A stretch of 64,000 nt of DNA from Minisyncoccota bacterium. GTDB lineage: Bacteria; Patescibacteriota; Minisyncoccia; UBA6257; 02-FULL-45-10c. The DNA is taken from positions 29,819 through 93,818 of the forward strand of contig JAQUPE010000002.1 in NCBI GenBank assembly GCA_028716745.1. Direction: 5' to 3'. Both the position numbers and the translations under genes were made by a program. This document shows positions 8,943 to 17,357 of this stretch, piece after piece (the stretch's first letter is position 1; each line of letters starts with the position of its first letter). A model generated the notes under the pieces. That model saw only the letters and a program-made list of their open reading frames with translations, was not told the DNA's origin and searched no databases.

Positions 8943-10061
8943 ATGTATAATTTGAAAATGTTAGCTATCTACAGAAAATATCGCCCGAAAACTTTAGGAG
9001 AATTATTGGGGCAAGAACACGTCGTAGAAATACTTAAAAACGGCGCTGCGCAGGGAAAATTCGCCCATGCTTATCTTTTTTACGGCCCGAAAGGTTCGGG
9101 AAAAACTACCGCCGCCCGCTTGCTGGCAAAGCTCGCTAATTGCGAAACCAGGCAAAACGACAAAACTTTCCGCGAAAAAGGAGAGCCCTGCAATAAATGT
9201 TCCGCCTGTTCCCAGATTGATACCGGCCAAGCCCTGGATGTCGTAGAAATAGATGCCGCTTCCAACCGCGGCATAGACGAAATCCGCAATCTCAAAGAAG
9301 GGATCAAGCTATCCCCTTCTTTTCTCCATTACAAAATTTTTATAATCGACGAAATTCACATGCTTACCCGCGACGCCTTCAACGCGCTTCTTAAAACTCT
9401 GGAAGAGCCTCCGGCGCATGCGATTTTAATTATGGCCACTACCGAATATGAAAAGATTCCGGCAACAATTTCTTCCCGCGCCCAGCGTTTCCATTTCCAA
9501 AAACTTTCTCTGATAAAAATACTTGAAAAGCTCAACCGCGTTATAAAAGAAGAAAAAATAAAAATATCTCCTGAAGCCCTGGAGTTAATCGCCTCCTTAG
9601 CTGAAGGCAGCTTGCGCGACGCCGAATCTCTTTTGGATCAAATAGCGTCATTAGACCAGGATATAAATATAAAAGATGTTGAAAATATTGCCGGAAAAAT
9701 CGGACATAAAAAAACTTCAGCAATGGCCGAATATCTTATTAAAAACAACTTGCCTGGCGCTTTGAATTATTTAAACGAAATAGACCGCGGCGGCTCCAAT
9801 CTGGTTGAACTGAATAAAGATTTGATCCATTATCTCCGCCGAGCTTTGACCCTGAAAATGAATCCTCAAATGGAAGAATTATATAAAAAAGAATTGATAA
9901 AAGACGAGCTAACCGCTTTAAAAAATCACTCTGTCCTCATCAACGATCAAAAAATAATTTCGATAATAAAATCTCTCATCCGCGCCTACGGCGAAATGCG
10001 CTATTCTCCGTTTCCAATCGCTCCTCTGGAAGTTGCAATCATAGAAAACCTCAAATCCTGA
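8943..10061 (+). CDS. dnaX: DNA polymerase III subunit gamma/tau, short form (domains I-III only; possible true start at 8958, MLAIYRKYRP)
   Basis: YRKYRPKT...GPKGSGKTT (Walker A)...CNKCSACSQI (zinc module)...IDEIHML (Walker B)...SRAQRF (sensor). Confidence 0.85.
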   Translation: MYNLKMLAIYRKYRPKTLGELLGQEHVVEILKNGAAQGKFAHAYLFYGPKGSGKTTAARLLAKLANCETRQNDKTFREKGEPCNKCSACSQIDTGQALDVVEIDAASNRGIDEIRNLKEGIKLSPSFLHYKIFIIDEIHMLTRDAFNALLKTLEEPPAHAILIMATTEYEKIPATISSRAQRFHFQKLSLIKILEKLNRVIKEEKIKISPEALELIASLAEGSLRDAESLLDQIASLDQDINIKDVENIAGKIGHKKTSAMAEYLIKNNLPGALNYLNEIDRGGSNLVELNKDLIHYLRRALTLKMNPQMEELYKKELIKDELTALKNHSVLINDQKIISIIKSLIRAYGEMRYSPFPIAPLEVAIIENLKS

Positions 10062-10185
10062 CAGCCCAGCCAGGAAATTGCATCGAAAGATTTAAAATCT
10101 TAACCAAAAAACCTAAAAACCAACCTGTATATTATATGATAATTGTAACATATGATGTACAACTGTTTTTGGGGAATTAAAAAAT

Positions 10186-10227
10186 AAAAAACCCACCTTA
10201 TCGGTGGGTCCTGCCTTGTTGGGCAGT
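10186..10227 (-). terminator. tandem hairpins ending the REC-paralog operon (also closes dnaX on the + strand)
   Basis: cccacc-ttatc-ggtggg read on the minus strand is followed by a T-run. A second hairpin is ctgcc-ttgttg-ggcag. Confidence 0.55.
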
Positions 10228-10238
10228 TGTTTGTTGCT

Positions 10239-10664
10239 CTATGAAAGATCAGGCAGTGTGGCGAGAAAGTCGATCAGGCAGTTCTTGCTTACGCAATAGT
10301 TGCCTCCGGCTTTCATCAGCATGTCCTGTGCCTCCGGGTCGCAGGAAGTCACGATGATTGGTCCGAGAAATTTCGGGTCTTCTTCCCTGAACTTCTCGGC
10401 CAGATGCGCAAGCATATCTTTTATTTCGATGATGTGCTTGATGTTCTTCACACCATCCCTTTTCTCGCGCTCTTCGATGTTCAGGTATCCGCAAAATGCG
10501 ATCGCCCCGAGATCATTGAAGTTTTCTTTGTACTGCTTTTCCGCCTCTGCTACGCTCCAGGCAAACAGAAGTTTCATCTTCTGTCCCGCCCCCAGCAGCT
10601 TGACTCGCCTTTCGTATTGGCGAGTCAATTCAGGGGTGTTTTCAAGTATTAAGACTTTTTTCAA
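10239..10664 (-). CDS. degenerate receiver-like (pseudo-REC) protein, paralog of the next two genes
   Basis: Shares the C-terminal AG..YC.SK motif with its neighbours. The N-terminus VLILENTPE replaces the acidic DD pocket and there is no Asp at the phospho-acceptor position. GC-elevated. Confidence 0.45.
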   Translation of the reverse strand: MKKVLILENTPELTRQYERRVKLLGAGQKMKLLFAWSVAEAEKQYKENFNDLGAIAFCGYLNIEEREKRDGVKNIKHIIEIKDMLAHLAEKFREEDPKFLGPIIVTSCDPEAQDMLMKAGGNYCVSKNCLIDFLATLPDLS

Positions 10665-11034
10665 GTTCTGCCTCCCGTTCTGCGAAGATTTTCTCGATCA
10701 GCTCTCCCAACTGGAAGAACTTTTCTTTCGAACACTGATAGGCACAACCCGCCTCTGCAAGCTTCTCCCGCCCCTCTTTGCTGTTTGAAATGGCGATGAC
10801 AACGATCTTGCGCGCCGCGAGAAATTCCTGGGTCAGAAGGAATGTGTTTCCTCCGCCCTTCATATTGTAATCCATCAGGACTACGGATATGTCCGGAAGA
10901 TCTCCGAATGTATTCCTCGCTTTTTCCGCGTTCTCGGCGTAGTACGCCGATATTCCCGAAACCTCGATGTACTCCAGAAATTCGTCCGCGAACTCCCTGT
11001 CGTCGTCAACCAGCAGCATTTCTTTTTTTATCAT
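10642..11034 (-). CDS. stand-alone response-regulator receiver (CheY-like) domain protein
   Basis: LLVDDD (beta1 acidic pocket), VVLMDYNMKGG (phospho-acceptor Asp), IVVIAISNS (Ser/Thr), ...AGCAYQCSK (Lys). Confidence 0.65.
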   Translation of the reverse strand: MIKKEMLLVDDDREFADEFLEYIEVSGISAYYAENAEKARNTFGDLPDISVVLMDYNMKGGGNTFLLTQEFLAARKIVVIAISNSKEGREKLAEAGCAYQCSKEKFFQLGELIEKIFAEREAELEKSLNT

Positions 11035-11410
11035 CAGCCTCTTCCTCCTTTTGGAAAACTTCCGCGAGTATGACCATCAGATCGATAATCCCGCTTTGAA
11101 CACACCCGTACACGCAGCCAGCCCCTAAGAGCTTTTCTCTTTCCACGAAATCGTCCGAGATCGCAACGATCTTGGTTTTCTTCCGCAGATCGACAAAACT
11201 CTTTGCCAGCTCCAACGTGTTTACTCCGTCACCGAGGTCATAGTTCATAAGAACCACGGTGATGTTCGGATTGTTTACAAACACGCCGAACGCGTTGTCC
11301 TTGTCCGAGGCATGAGTCACCTCAATGCCCGGAGACTCGAAGTAGTGCTTCATCATCCACGCGAACTTCTCGTCTTTGCCCACTATCAGCATGCCTATTT
11401 TATCTCTCAT
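11006..11410 (-). CDS. receiver-like paralog with Asn at the phospho-acceptor position (pseudo-receiver)
   Basis: VVLMNYDLGDG aligns to VVLMDYNMKGG of the neighbouring gene with N for D. MLIVGKDEK replaces LLVDDD. Confidence 0.55.
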   Translation of the reverse strand: MRDKIGMLIVGKDEKFAWMMKHYFESPGIEVTHASDKDNAFGVFVNNPNITVVLMNYDLGDGVNTLELAKSFVDLRKKTKIVAISDDFVEREKLLGAGCVYGCVQSGIIDLMVILAEVFQKEEEADDKKRNAAG

Positions 11411-11507
11411 ATTTCTCTCTCCTTTTTAAAAGTACTTCCCTGTCTGAATTTACTGAATTTTTGATAATATATTATATAACAATATTAGCTTAATGTCAAT
11501 TTAGCGC

Positions 11508-11536
11508 CTAGACTAAAATATACTTATCTGATATAA
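11508..11536 (+). promoter_or_regulatory. candidate sigma70-like promoter for typA (TAGACT-17-TATAAT)
   Basis: A consensus -10 lies 14 nt upstream of the ATG, leaving a very short leader. Confidence 0.35.
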
Positions 11537-11549
11537 TTTATCTTCAAAT

Positions 11550-13361
11550 ATGAAAATTAGAAATGTTTCTATAATCGCCCACGTTGACCACGGCAAAACG
11601 ACTTTGGTTGACGCGCTTTTAAAACAGTCTGATACCGACTTGGGAAAGCTTGGCGACCAAAAAGAATTAATAATGGATTTCAACGATCTTGAAAAAGAGC
11701 GCGGAATTACCATATTTTCTAAAAACGCTTCGGTCCAATACGGCGACACGAAGATCAATATAATAGATACTCCAGGACACGCCGACTTCGGCGGCGAAGT
11801 GGAGCGCGTGTTAAACCTTGCCGACGGTTCCCTACTTTTAATCGACGCGCAGGAAGGCCCGATGCCTCAAACCAGATTTGTTTTGAAAAAAGCGCTTTCA
11901 ATGGGCCACAAAATAATCTTGGTTATGAATAAAATAGATAAGCCAAACGCCAGAATAAATTACGCTTTGGATAAAGTTATCGAGCTTTTTATAGAACTCG
12001 GAGCAACTAATGACCAATTGAACTTCCCGATAATTTACGCATCCGGAAGAGACGGCGTTGCCGGACTAACTCCGGAATTGGAAAAAATGACGGATATTAA
12101 GCCGATTTTTGACGACATTATAAAATATATTCCCGAGCCAAAAGCCAATGCCAGCGGTCCGCTGCAAATGATGATTGTTTCCATTTCTTACGACAATTAC
12201 ATGGGCAGAATCGGCATAGGCAGGATTTACAGCGGAAAAATAAAAAATGGCCAAGCCATTTCCCATATTTCCCGCGAGGGCAAAACTGTAAAATCAAAAA
12301 TAACTTCTTTAATGACCTTTTCCGGACTTACCAAAAAAGAAACTGCCGAGCTTGAAGCCGGAGACATAGCCGCCGTCAGCGGAATAGACAATATAAATAT
12401 CGGCGACACTATCGCGGAAGAAATAGATCCAATCGCTCTCCCGCCGATTAAAATCGAGGAGCCGACCGTCAAAATGATTTTCAGCGTAAACAACTCCCCC
12501 TTTGCCGGAAAAGAAGGAAAGTATTGCACTTCAAGAAATTTAAAAGAACGCTTGGAAAAAGAATTGGATAACGATGTAGCGCTCCGCGTTAATCCCGGAA
12601 AATCTCCGGATGAATTTATCGTCTGCGGACGCGGCGAGCTTCATCTTTCTATTTTAATTGAAACAATGCGCCGTGAAGGATATGAAATGCAGGTCTCCCG
12701 CCCCGAAGTTATTATGAAAGAAGAAAACGGAAAAATTACCGAACCGACCGAAGATGCCTGGCTTGAAGTACCAGAAAAATATTCCGGAATGGTTATTGAA
12801 AAAATGGGACTCAGAAAAGGCACGCTTAAAAATATGAGCGTGGAAAACGGCATCGCTATTTTCCATTTCTATATTCCAACCCGCGGACTTATCGGATTCA
12901 GAAATGAATTCATGATTGAAACCAAAGGAACAGGAACTATCAATTCCCTTTTCGCCGGCTATGCGCCGAAATTTGATAATATTCAAACCAACCCGCATGG
13001 ATCAATTATTGTCCATGAAGCCGGAGCCTCCACCGCCTACGCTCTTTTGAAAATTCAGGAACGCGGAGAAATGTTTATCGGTCCTGGCGTTAAAGTTTAT
13101 GAAGGACAAGTTGTGGGAGAAAATGCCAAAGCCGAAGATATAATTTCAAATGTCTGCAAAGCAAAACAGCTTACAAACTTCAGAGCTAAAACCGACGCCG
13201 TCACCGACGACTTGGTTCCGCCCCGCGAAATGTCTCTTGAGCAAGCTATTGAATATGTTGGCGACGATGAACTTGTTGAAATTACTCCTATCAGCATCCG
13301 ATTAAGAAAAAGAGTTTTAAGCGGTACCCTCAGAGGCTCTCAAAAACGCCAAAATTCCTAA
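11550..13361 (+). CDS. typA: translational GTPase TypA/BipA
   Basis: IRNVSIIAHVDHGKTTLVD...DTPGHADF...NKIDK; 603 aa. Confidence 0.9.
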   Translation: MKIRNVSIIAHVDHGKTTLVDALLKQSDTDLGKLGDQKELIMDFNDLEKERGITIFSKNASVQYGDTKINIIDTPGHADFGGEVERVLNLADGSLLLIDAQEGPMPQTRFVLKKALSMGHKIILVMNKIDKPNARINYALDKVIELFIELGATNDQLNFPIIYASGRDGVAGLTPELEKMTDIKPIFDDIIKYIPEPKANASGPLQMMIVSISYDNYMGRIGIGRIYSGKIKNGQAISHISREGKTVKSKITSLMTFSGLTKKETAELEAGDIAAVSGIDNINIGDTIAEEIDPIALPPIKIEEPTVKMIFSVNNSPFAGKEGKYCTSRNLKERLEKELDNDVALRVNPGKSPDEFIVCGRGELHLSILIETMRREGYEMQVSRPEVIMKEENGKITEPTEDAWLEVPEKYSGMVIEKMGLRKGTLKNMSVENGIAIFHFYIPTRGLIGFRNEFMIETKGTGTINSLFAGYAPKFDNIQTNPHGSIIVHEAGASTAYALLKIQERGEMFIGPGVKVYEGQVVGENAKAEDIISNVCKAKQLTNFRAKTDAVTDDLVPPREMSLEQAIEYVGDDELVEITPISIRLRKRVLSGTLRGSQKRQNS

Positions 13362-13402
13362 TTGGAAATTTATCAATAATGTTGATAAAATAAGCTCAGT
13401 TT

Positions 13403-13479
13403 ATTGGGAGATCGTCCCTGGCCCCTGGCCGGGCTAGGCGGGCAGGCTCAACAAACAAAATAAAAATTGGGAGATCGTC
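13403..13479. repeat. 14-nt direct repeat (attgggagatcgtc at 13403-13416 and 13466-13479) flanking a 49-nt insertion at the 5' end of tRNA-Gln
   Basis: The second repeat copy forms the tRNA 5' acceptor/D-stem. The insert is GC-rich repeat copy B followed by caacaaacaaaataaaa. Confidence 0.6.
13415..13448. repeat. 33-nt GC-rich repeat, copy B (tccctggcccctggccgggctaggcgggcaggct)
   Basis: 17-nt exact identity to 2240-2256 plus flanking similarity. Intergenic location. Confidence 0.6.
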
Positions 13480-13538
13480 TAATGGTAGGACACCGCCCTT
13501 TGGAGGCGGGTATCGGGGTTCGAGTCCCTGTCTCCCAG
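13468..13538 (+). tRNA. tRNA-Gln (anticodon TTG); CCA not encoded
   Basis: Acceptor stem tgggaga/tctccca, D-arm gtct-aatggtag-gaca, anticodon stem ccgcc/ggcgg with loop CTTTGGA, T-arm cgggg-TTCGAGT-ccctg, discriminator G. Confidence 0.8.
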
Positions 13539-13578
13539 CATTTCGGCAAACTTAAAAATAAATAGAAATAATTTAAAG

Positions 13579-14388
13579 ATGAGTTTAAAAGAATTTAACA
13601 AGATTTTTGGAATAAAAAACGATCCCCAAGAAGAAGAGGTGCGGTTTGTAAATCGTATTAATCAAACCATGTTTCGTGCAATACGCCATAATCCACACCC
13701 CGATGATTATGAGTCACTCATCAGAAGTATCTGCTACAAACTTGGTATAAATCCAAATGATTTCATTAAGGTAGATAAATATGCTGATCGTATCAACATC
13801 GCTGATTTGGGCAGCCTTTCTAAAAATGATTTTAGAGAAACCTTAAAAATTATTGTTTTATTATACGAAACCGTAAGCTCTAATAATACAAAAGAATTAA
13901 TTAATAGGTATGTTGAACTTGCACTTGCCGCTGCGACTATTGAGCTTGGCATTAGATGGAAAGATGGAATGTTTTATAGAAGCGGCGCAAAAGAATTAGA
14001 TAAAAAATTAATAAACGACAACTTAGACTGGCTACATATTTGCTCCGATGCAAGAACCCTATTTGGTACCGCCCTTGAACACTTTAACAAATCTATAACT
14101 GATGATACTGCACGTAAAGATACAATTACAAATAGCTATTCTTCAATAGAAGCTCTGGCACAAAAAGTTTTAAATAATAAAAAAACTTTTGAAAATAATT
14201 TAAACGACTTAATGTCATTTTTAGATCTTCCTAGAGAGTACAGCAATATTTTTAATGGATATAAACAAATTGCACATGGATTTAGTAGTCGACACCCAGG
14301 ATCTATACCATCACATATAGAAACAGAAGCATTTATTTATATGACTGGACTTTTGATGCGACTTATCAGTGAAAAATATAATAAATAA
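13579..14388 (+). CDS. hypothetical 269-aa largely alpha-helical cytoplasmic protein next to the tRNA (possibly accessory)
   Basis: ATG is preceded by an A-rich region. No TM segment and no recognised motif except C-terminal SSRHPGSIPSH. Overlaps the next ORF. Confidence 0.5.
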   Translation: MSLKEFNKIFGIKNDPQEEEVRFVNRINQTMFRAIRHNPHPDDYESLIRSICYKLGINPNDFIKVDKYADRINIADLGSLSKNDFRETLKIIVLLYETVSSNNTKELINRYVELALAAATIELGIRWKDGMFYRSGAKELDKKLINDNLDWLHICSDARTLFGTALEHFNKSITDDTARKDTITNSYSSIEALAQKVLNNKKTFENNLNDLMSFLDLPREYSNIFNGYKQIAHGFSSRHPGSIPSHIETEAFIYMTGLLMRLISEKYNK

Positions 14389-14410
14389 ATTATTTTTCAA
14401 AATCCTATAC

Positions 14411-14857
14411 ATGAACGAAATAACTCTTCGCAATCAATGGGTCGTTAAAGCCCCCATAAATGATGTATTCAAAATAATGACCAACTTCGAAAAATTTCCG
14501 GAGCATTTTCCAAAAGTTGCCGAATCAATACAGATTAATAAACGGGAAGGAAATTATTTAGAAATGGACGCAACCGCAAAATCATTCGGTAAAAAATTTC
14601 AGGTGAAGATGAAGACTCAAATTCTACCGGGAAAAGGCTTCATTTCGGATAATAACAGTTATCAGTTTGGGACTTCCGGACATGAAGAGATGTTGCTTTC
14701 CGAACACGCCGAAGGAACTCTAATTGACTATACCTATCAAGTCGCCATTCATAAAAAATGGCTAGGCATAATCGCCATACCTCTGCTGCGCTGGTATTCA
14801 ATGAAATACTGGGAAAAAGCAGTTATTGATCAGCTTAAAAAGATCCTTGAGAAATAA
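14411..14857 (+). CDS. SRPBCC (START/Bet v1-like, polyketide-cyclase-type) family protein
   Basis: MNEITLRNQWVVKAPINDVFKIMTNFEKFPEHFPKV matches the N-terminal pattern of that fold family. Start taken at the internal Met (the ORF track begins at 14369). Confidence 0.55.
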   Translation: MNEITLRNQWVVKAPINDVFKIMTNFEKFPEHFPKVAESIQINKREGNYLEMDATAKSFGKKFQVKMKTQILPGKGFISDNNSYQFGTSGHEEMLLSEHAEGTLIDYTYQVAIHKKWLGIIAIPLLRWYSMKYWEKAVIDQLKKILEK

Positions 14858-14894
14858 TGGCTCTAACATTATCCAAAACTTCCAGCAAAATTTA

Positions 14895-14925
14895 AAAACC
14901 GGGCAAGTCCCGGTTTTTATTTTTT
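14895..14925. terminator. bidirectional intrinsic terminator between the convergent SRPBCC and S4 genes
   Basis: ccggg-caagt-cccgg hairpin flanked by A-run and T-run. Confidence 0.6.
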
Positions 14926-15183
14926 CCCAACTATATTCAAAAAATCTTTCGGTTTTCCCCGGAAATTAACTTCCACGCTATCTGTTTTTTGGACCTTATC
15001 GCCCAGGACGGCTAATTTATTATTAATAAAAACTTTCCCCTCTTTAATGAGTTTATCCGCCTCTCTTCTGTTTTTAGAATGTTTATTCAGAGCGAGATAC
15101 CTGTTTATCCGCATCGGAAAAACTATCTCGTCTTCATACTCTTCATAATCCTCATCTTCTTCCATATATACGCATATTAGCAC
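14917..15183 (-). CDS. S4 RNA-binding domain protein (Hsp15/YabO-like) with an acidic N-terminal stretch; start uncertain (possibly Met24 at 15114)
   Basis: MRINRYLALNKHSKNRREADKLIKEGKVFINNKLAVLGDKVQKTDSVEV is a canonical S4 domain. Confidence 0.6.
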   Translation of the reverse strand: MLICVYMEEDEDYEEYEDEIVFPMRINRYLALNKHSKNRREADKLIKEGKVFINNKLAVLGDKVQKTDSVEVNFRGKPKDFLNIVGKK

Positions 15184-15219
15184 TAATTTGGCGGGATTTG
15201 ACCCCTGCCGGCTACCCCC

Positions 15220-15248
15220 TAGACAAAAGAATAAAGATATGTTATATT
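15220..15248 (+). promoter_or_regulatory. sigma70-like promoter of the cold-shock gene (TAGACA-17-TATATT) with a ~60-nt 5' UTR
   Basis: tagaca at 15220-15225, 17-nt spacer, tatatt at 15243-15248. Confidence 0.45.
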
Positions 15249-15309
15249 AAGGGGGTGTTAAGGCACAGGAACTAATGTCGATCGTTTCAAATAACAATTA
15301 ACCAAACTA

Positions 15310-15507
15310 ATGACAGGTAAAATTAAAACTCTTACTGAGAAAGGATTTGGATTCATCTCTCGCGAAGGCGAGACGAAGGATTTATTCTTTCACTCTAAGG
15401 AACTTGTTGGAGTTATGTTTGATGAGCTTCATGTTGGCGATACCGTCACTTTTGAAGTCATCGATACCGAGAAAGGACCAGCAGCTACAAAGGTCTCTCG
15501 CGCATAA
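15310..15507 (+). CDS. cold-shock protein (CspA family)
   Basis: KGFGFI (RNP1) and DLFFH (RNP2) motifs; 65 aa. Confidence 0.9.
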   Translation: MTGKIKTLTEKGFGFISREGETKDLFFHSKELVGVMFDELHVGDTVTFEVIDTEKGPAATKVSRA

Positions 15508-15519
15508 ATCTGACTAAAC

Positions 15520-15548
15520 AAAAACACCCCTTTCGGGGTGTTTTTGTT
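15520..15548. terminator. bidirectional intrinsic terminator (csp on +, ABC-F on -)
   Basis: acacccc-tttc-ggggtgt hairpin followed by ttttgtttg. Confidence 0.65.
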
Positions 15549-15558
15549 TGTAAAAAAT

Positions 15559-17028
15559 TTATAATTTCTCTAAATCCAAAGTCATATTAACCTTAATCTG
15601 TTTTACGAATTCCGGAACGTGGCTTACGAGAATCATCGTGCCCGTATATTTATCCAAGGCAGCGGCAATAACAGGAATATGCCTGAAATTAATATGGTTT
15701 GTCGGCTCGTCAAGAATTAATAATCCGGGCTTCAAAAGCACAAGGCGGGCAAACGCCACCAATCCTTTCTGGCCCTCAGACAAACTGCCGATCTTCGTTC
15801 TTAATATATGTTCGTTAATTAAAAATCCGGATGCGATAGAGCGAAGCTTTTGTTCCGTCATAGACATATCGGGATCGTCTTTTACCGCCGATTTCAAAGC
15901 TTCATATACGGTGTCTTCAAAATTAAGCGTAGAAAAATCCTGTCTGTAATAGCCTATTTTTATGCCCTTTGTAATATGCTCCCCTTTCAAATCTCCATGC
16001 GCCAATTTTTCCAGCAAAGTAGTTTTTCCAATTCCATTCGGGCCTTTCAAAAGCAAACGCTCGCCTTTTTTCAAAATAACGCTGACTTTTTTGGCTGTAA
16101 ATTTATGATTTTTCACAACCGAAACGGATTTCAATTCCAATACCTGGCCGGTTATATCTTCCTGACAAGGAATAAAGAAATCCCTGATTGTTTTGTCTTC
16201 ATGCCTCTCATCGACAACCTCTTCTTCCAGCTCTTCAATTTTTTCATTCATTTTCCGCGCCACATCGCGCATATGGCCTCCTTTCTGTCCGAAAAAATTC
16301 GCCTGCTCTTTGCGGTGAATAATATCTTTCGCGAGACGCGCGTTCTTTTTCCTTTCCCTTTCCAAACGCAATTTTATTTCTTCAACAACGTCAAAATAAT
16401 TTCCGACATACTGCTCTACTTTTTTGGTGAATATATCAAGATAAAACACGCCCTGAGTGAAAGCGTTAAGAAAATCGGCATCGTGAGAAATGACAATGCA
16501 TGTCTTTTTATATTCCTGAAGAAACTTTGTTAAATGCTCAATGCCGTCTTTATCCAAATTATTGGTCGGCTCGTCTAAAAGCAATAAATCGGGGTTTTGA
16601 ATAAGCGCCGAAGCAAGAAGAAGACGCGCCTGCTGGCCTCCGGAAAAAGACTTGATAATCCTGTCGTGCGGAGCGTTTAAATTTACAACTTCGCAAACAT
16701 CGTCAATCCGCGGATCAATATTATATATTTTTTTGGAAAAACATTTTTCAAAAAATTCGCGCACAGTTAAATCCATCTGATTGCGCGGAATTACCTGCTT
16801 GGCAGTAGCAACGGTTACGTCATCGGCAATATTAATCGTTCCGGAGTCCGGTTTTAATACTCCCGTAATAAGATTAAAAATTGTGCTTTTTCCGGAACCG
16901 TTTTGACCCATTAAAGTAATTTTTGATCCGCGGCGAATTGAAAAATCCGCCTCATTTAAAATGGGTTTATTATGTCCGTATTCAAACGAGACTTTGTTAA
17001 ATCTCGCAATTACTTCATTTTGCGCCAT
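15559..17028 (-). CDS. ABC-F family ATPase (two ABC cassettes, no TMD; EttA/Uup-like)
   Basis: Two Walker A motifs (GQNGSGKST, GPNGIGKTT), two LSGGQ-like signatures and a charged inter-domain linker. Confidence 0.85.
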   Translation of the reverse strand: MAQNEVIARFNKVSFEYGHNKPILNEADFSIRRGSKITLMGQNGSGKSTIFNLITGVLKPDSGTINIADDVTVATAKQVIPRNQMDLTVREFFEKCFSKKIYNIDPRIDDVCEVVNLNAPHDRIIKSFSGGQQARLLLASALIQNPDLLLLDEPTNNLDKDGIEHLTKFLQEYKKTCIVISHDADFLNAFTQGVFYLDIFTKKVEQYVGNYFDVVEEIKLRLERERKKNARLAKDIIHRKEQANFFGQKGGHMRDVARKMNEKIEELEEEVVDERHEDKTIRDFFIPCQEDITGQVLELKSVSVVKNHKFTAKKVSVILKKGERLLLKGPNGIGKTTLLEKLAHGDLKGEHITKGIKIGYYRQDFSTLNFEDTVYEALKSAVKDDPDMSMTEQKLRSIASGFLINEHILRTKIGSLSEGQKGLVAFARLVLLKPGLLILDEPTNHINFRHIPVIAAALDKYTGTMILVSHVPEFVKQIKVNMTLDLEKL

Positions 17029-17357
17029 GATAAGAACCTATCTCAATAATAATTCCTAACGCGATATACGCTAATTTTCTTTAGTACTAGGCACGAGGGT
17101 GAAGGTGTATAAATATACTCCAAACCCGAGTAACGCAGAAATAAAGAAAATTAGCTATATCCCGAAGGGTTGCGTTCTTTATAAGTGATTTATTCGTTGC
17201 TCCTCCTCAATGTGGTATAACCACAATTTCGTCGTCGCGCCTCTAACTCACCTATAAATATTCGCAACGCGTTTTGGGATTATTGTTGAAATAGGTTCTA
17301 CTATGATAGTCCAAATCTAGAAATTTTTCTAGACTTAGATAAAATTTTCTAAAAAAA

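Noticed and set aside
8943-8957. dnaX start at 8943 and programmed frameshift producing gamma
   Set aside because: The conserved N-terminus begins at the second Met (MLAIYRKYRP). The gene already encodes only domains I-III, so no frameshift site is needed or evident.
10249-10788. Alternative ORFs 10249..10494(-), 10300..10788(+) and 10404..10652(+) in the REC cassette
   Set aside because: The three tandem minus-strand REC paralogs give a coherent operon with recognisable domains. The alternative frames are Arg/Ser-rich GC-driven artefacts.
15638-16533. Plus-strand ORFs 15638..15949 and 15850..16533 inside the ABC-F gene
   Set aside because: These are antisense shadow frames of a well-supported ABC-F CDS. 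They are low-complexity and lack an RBS.
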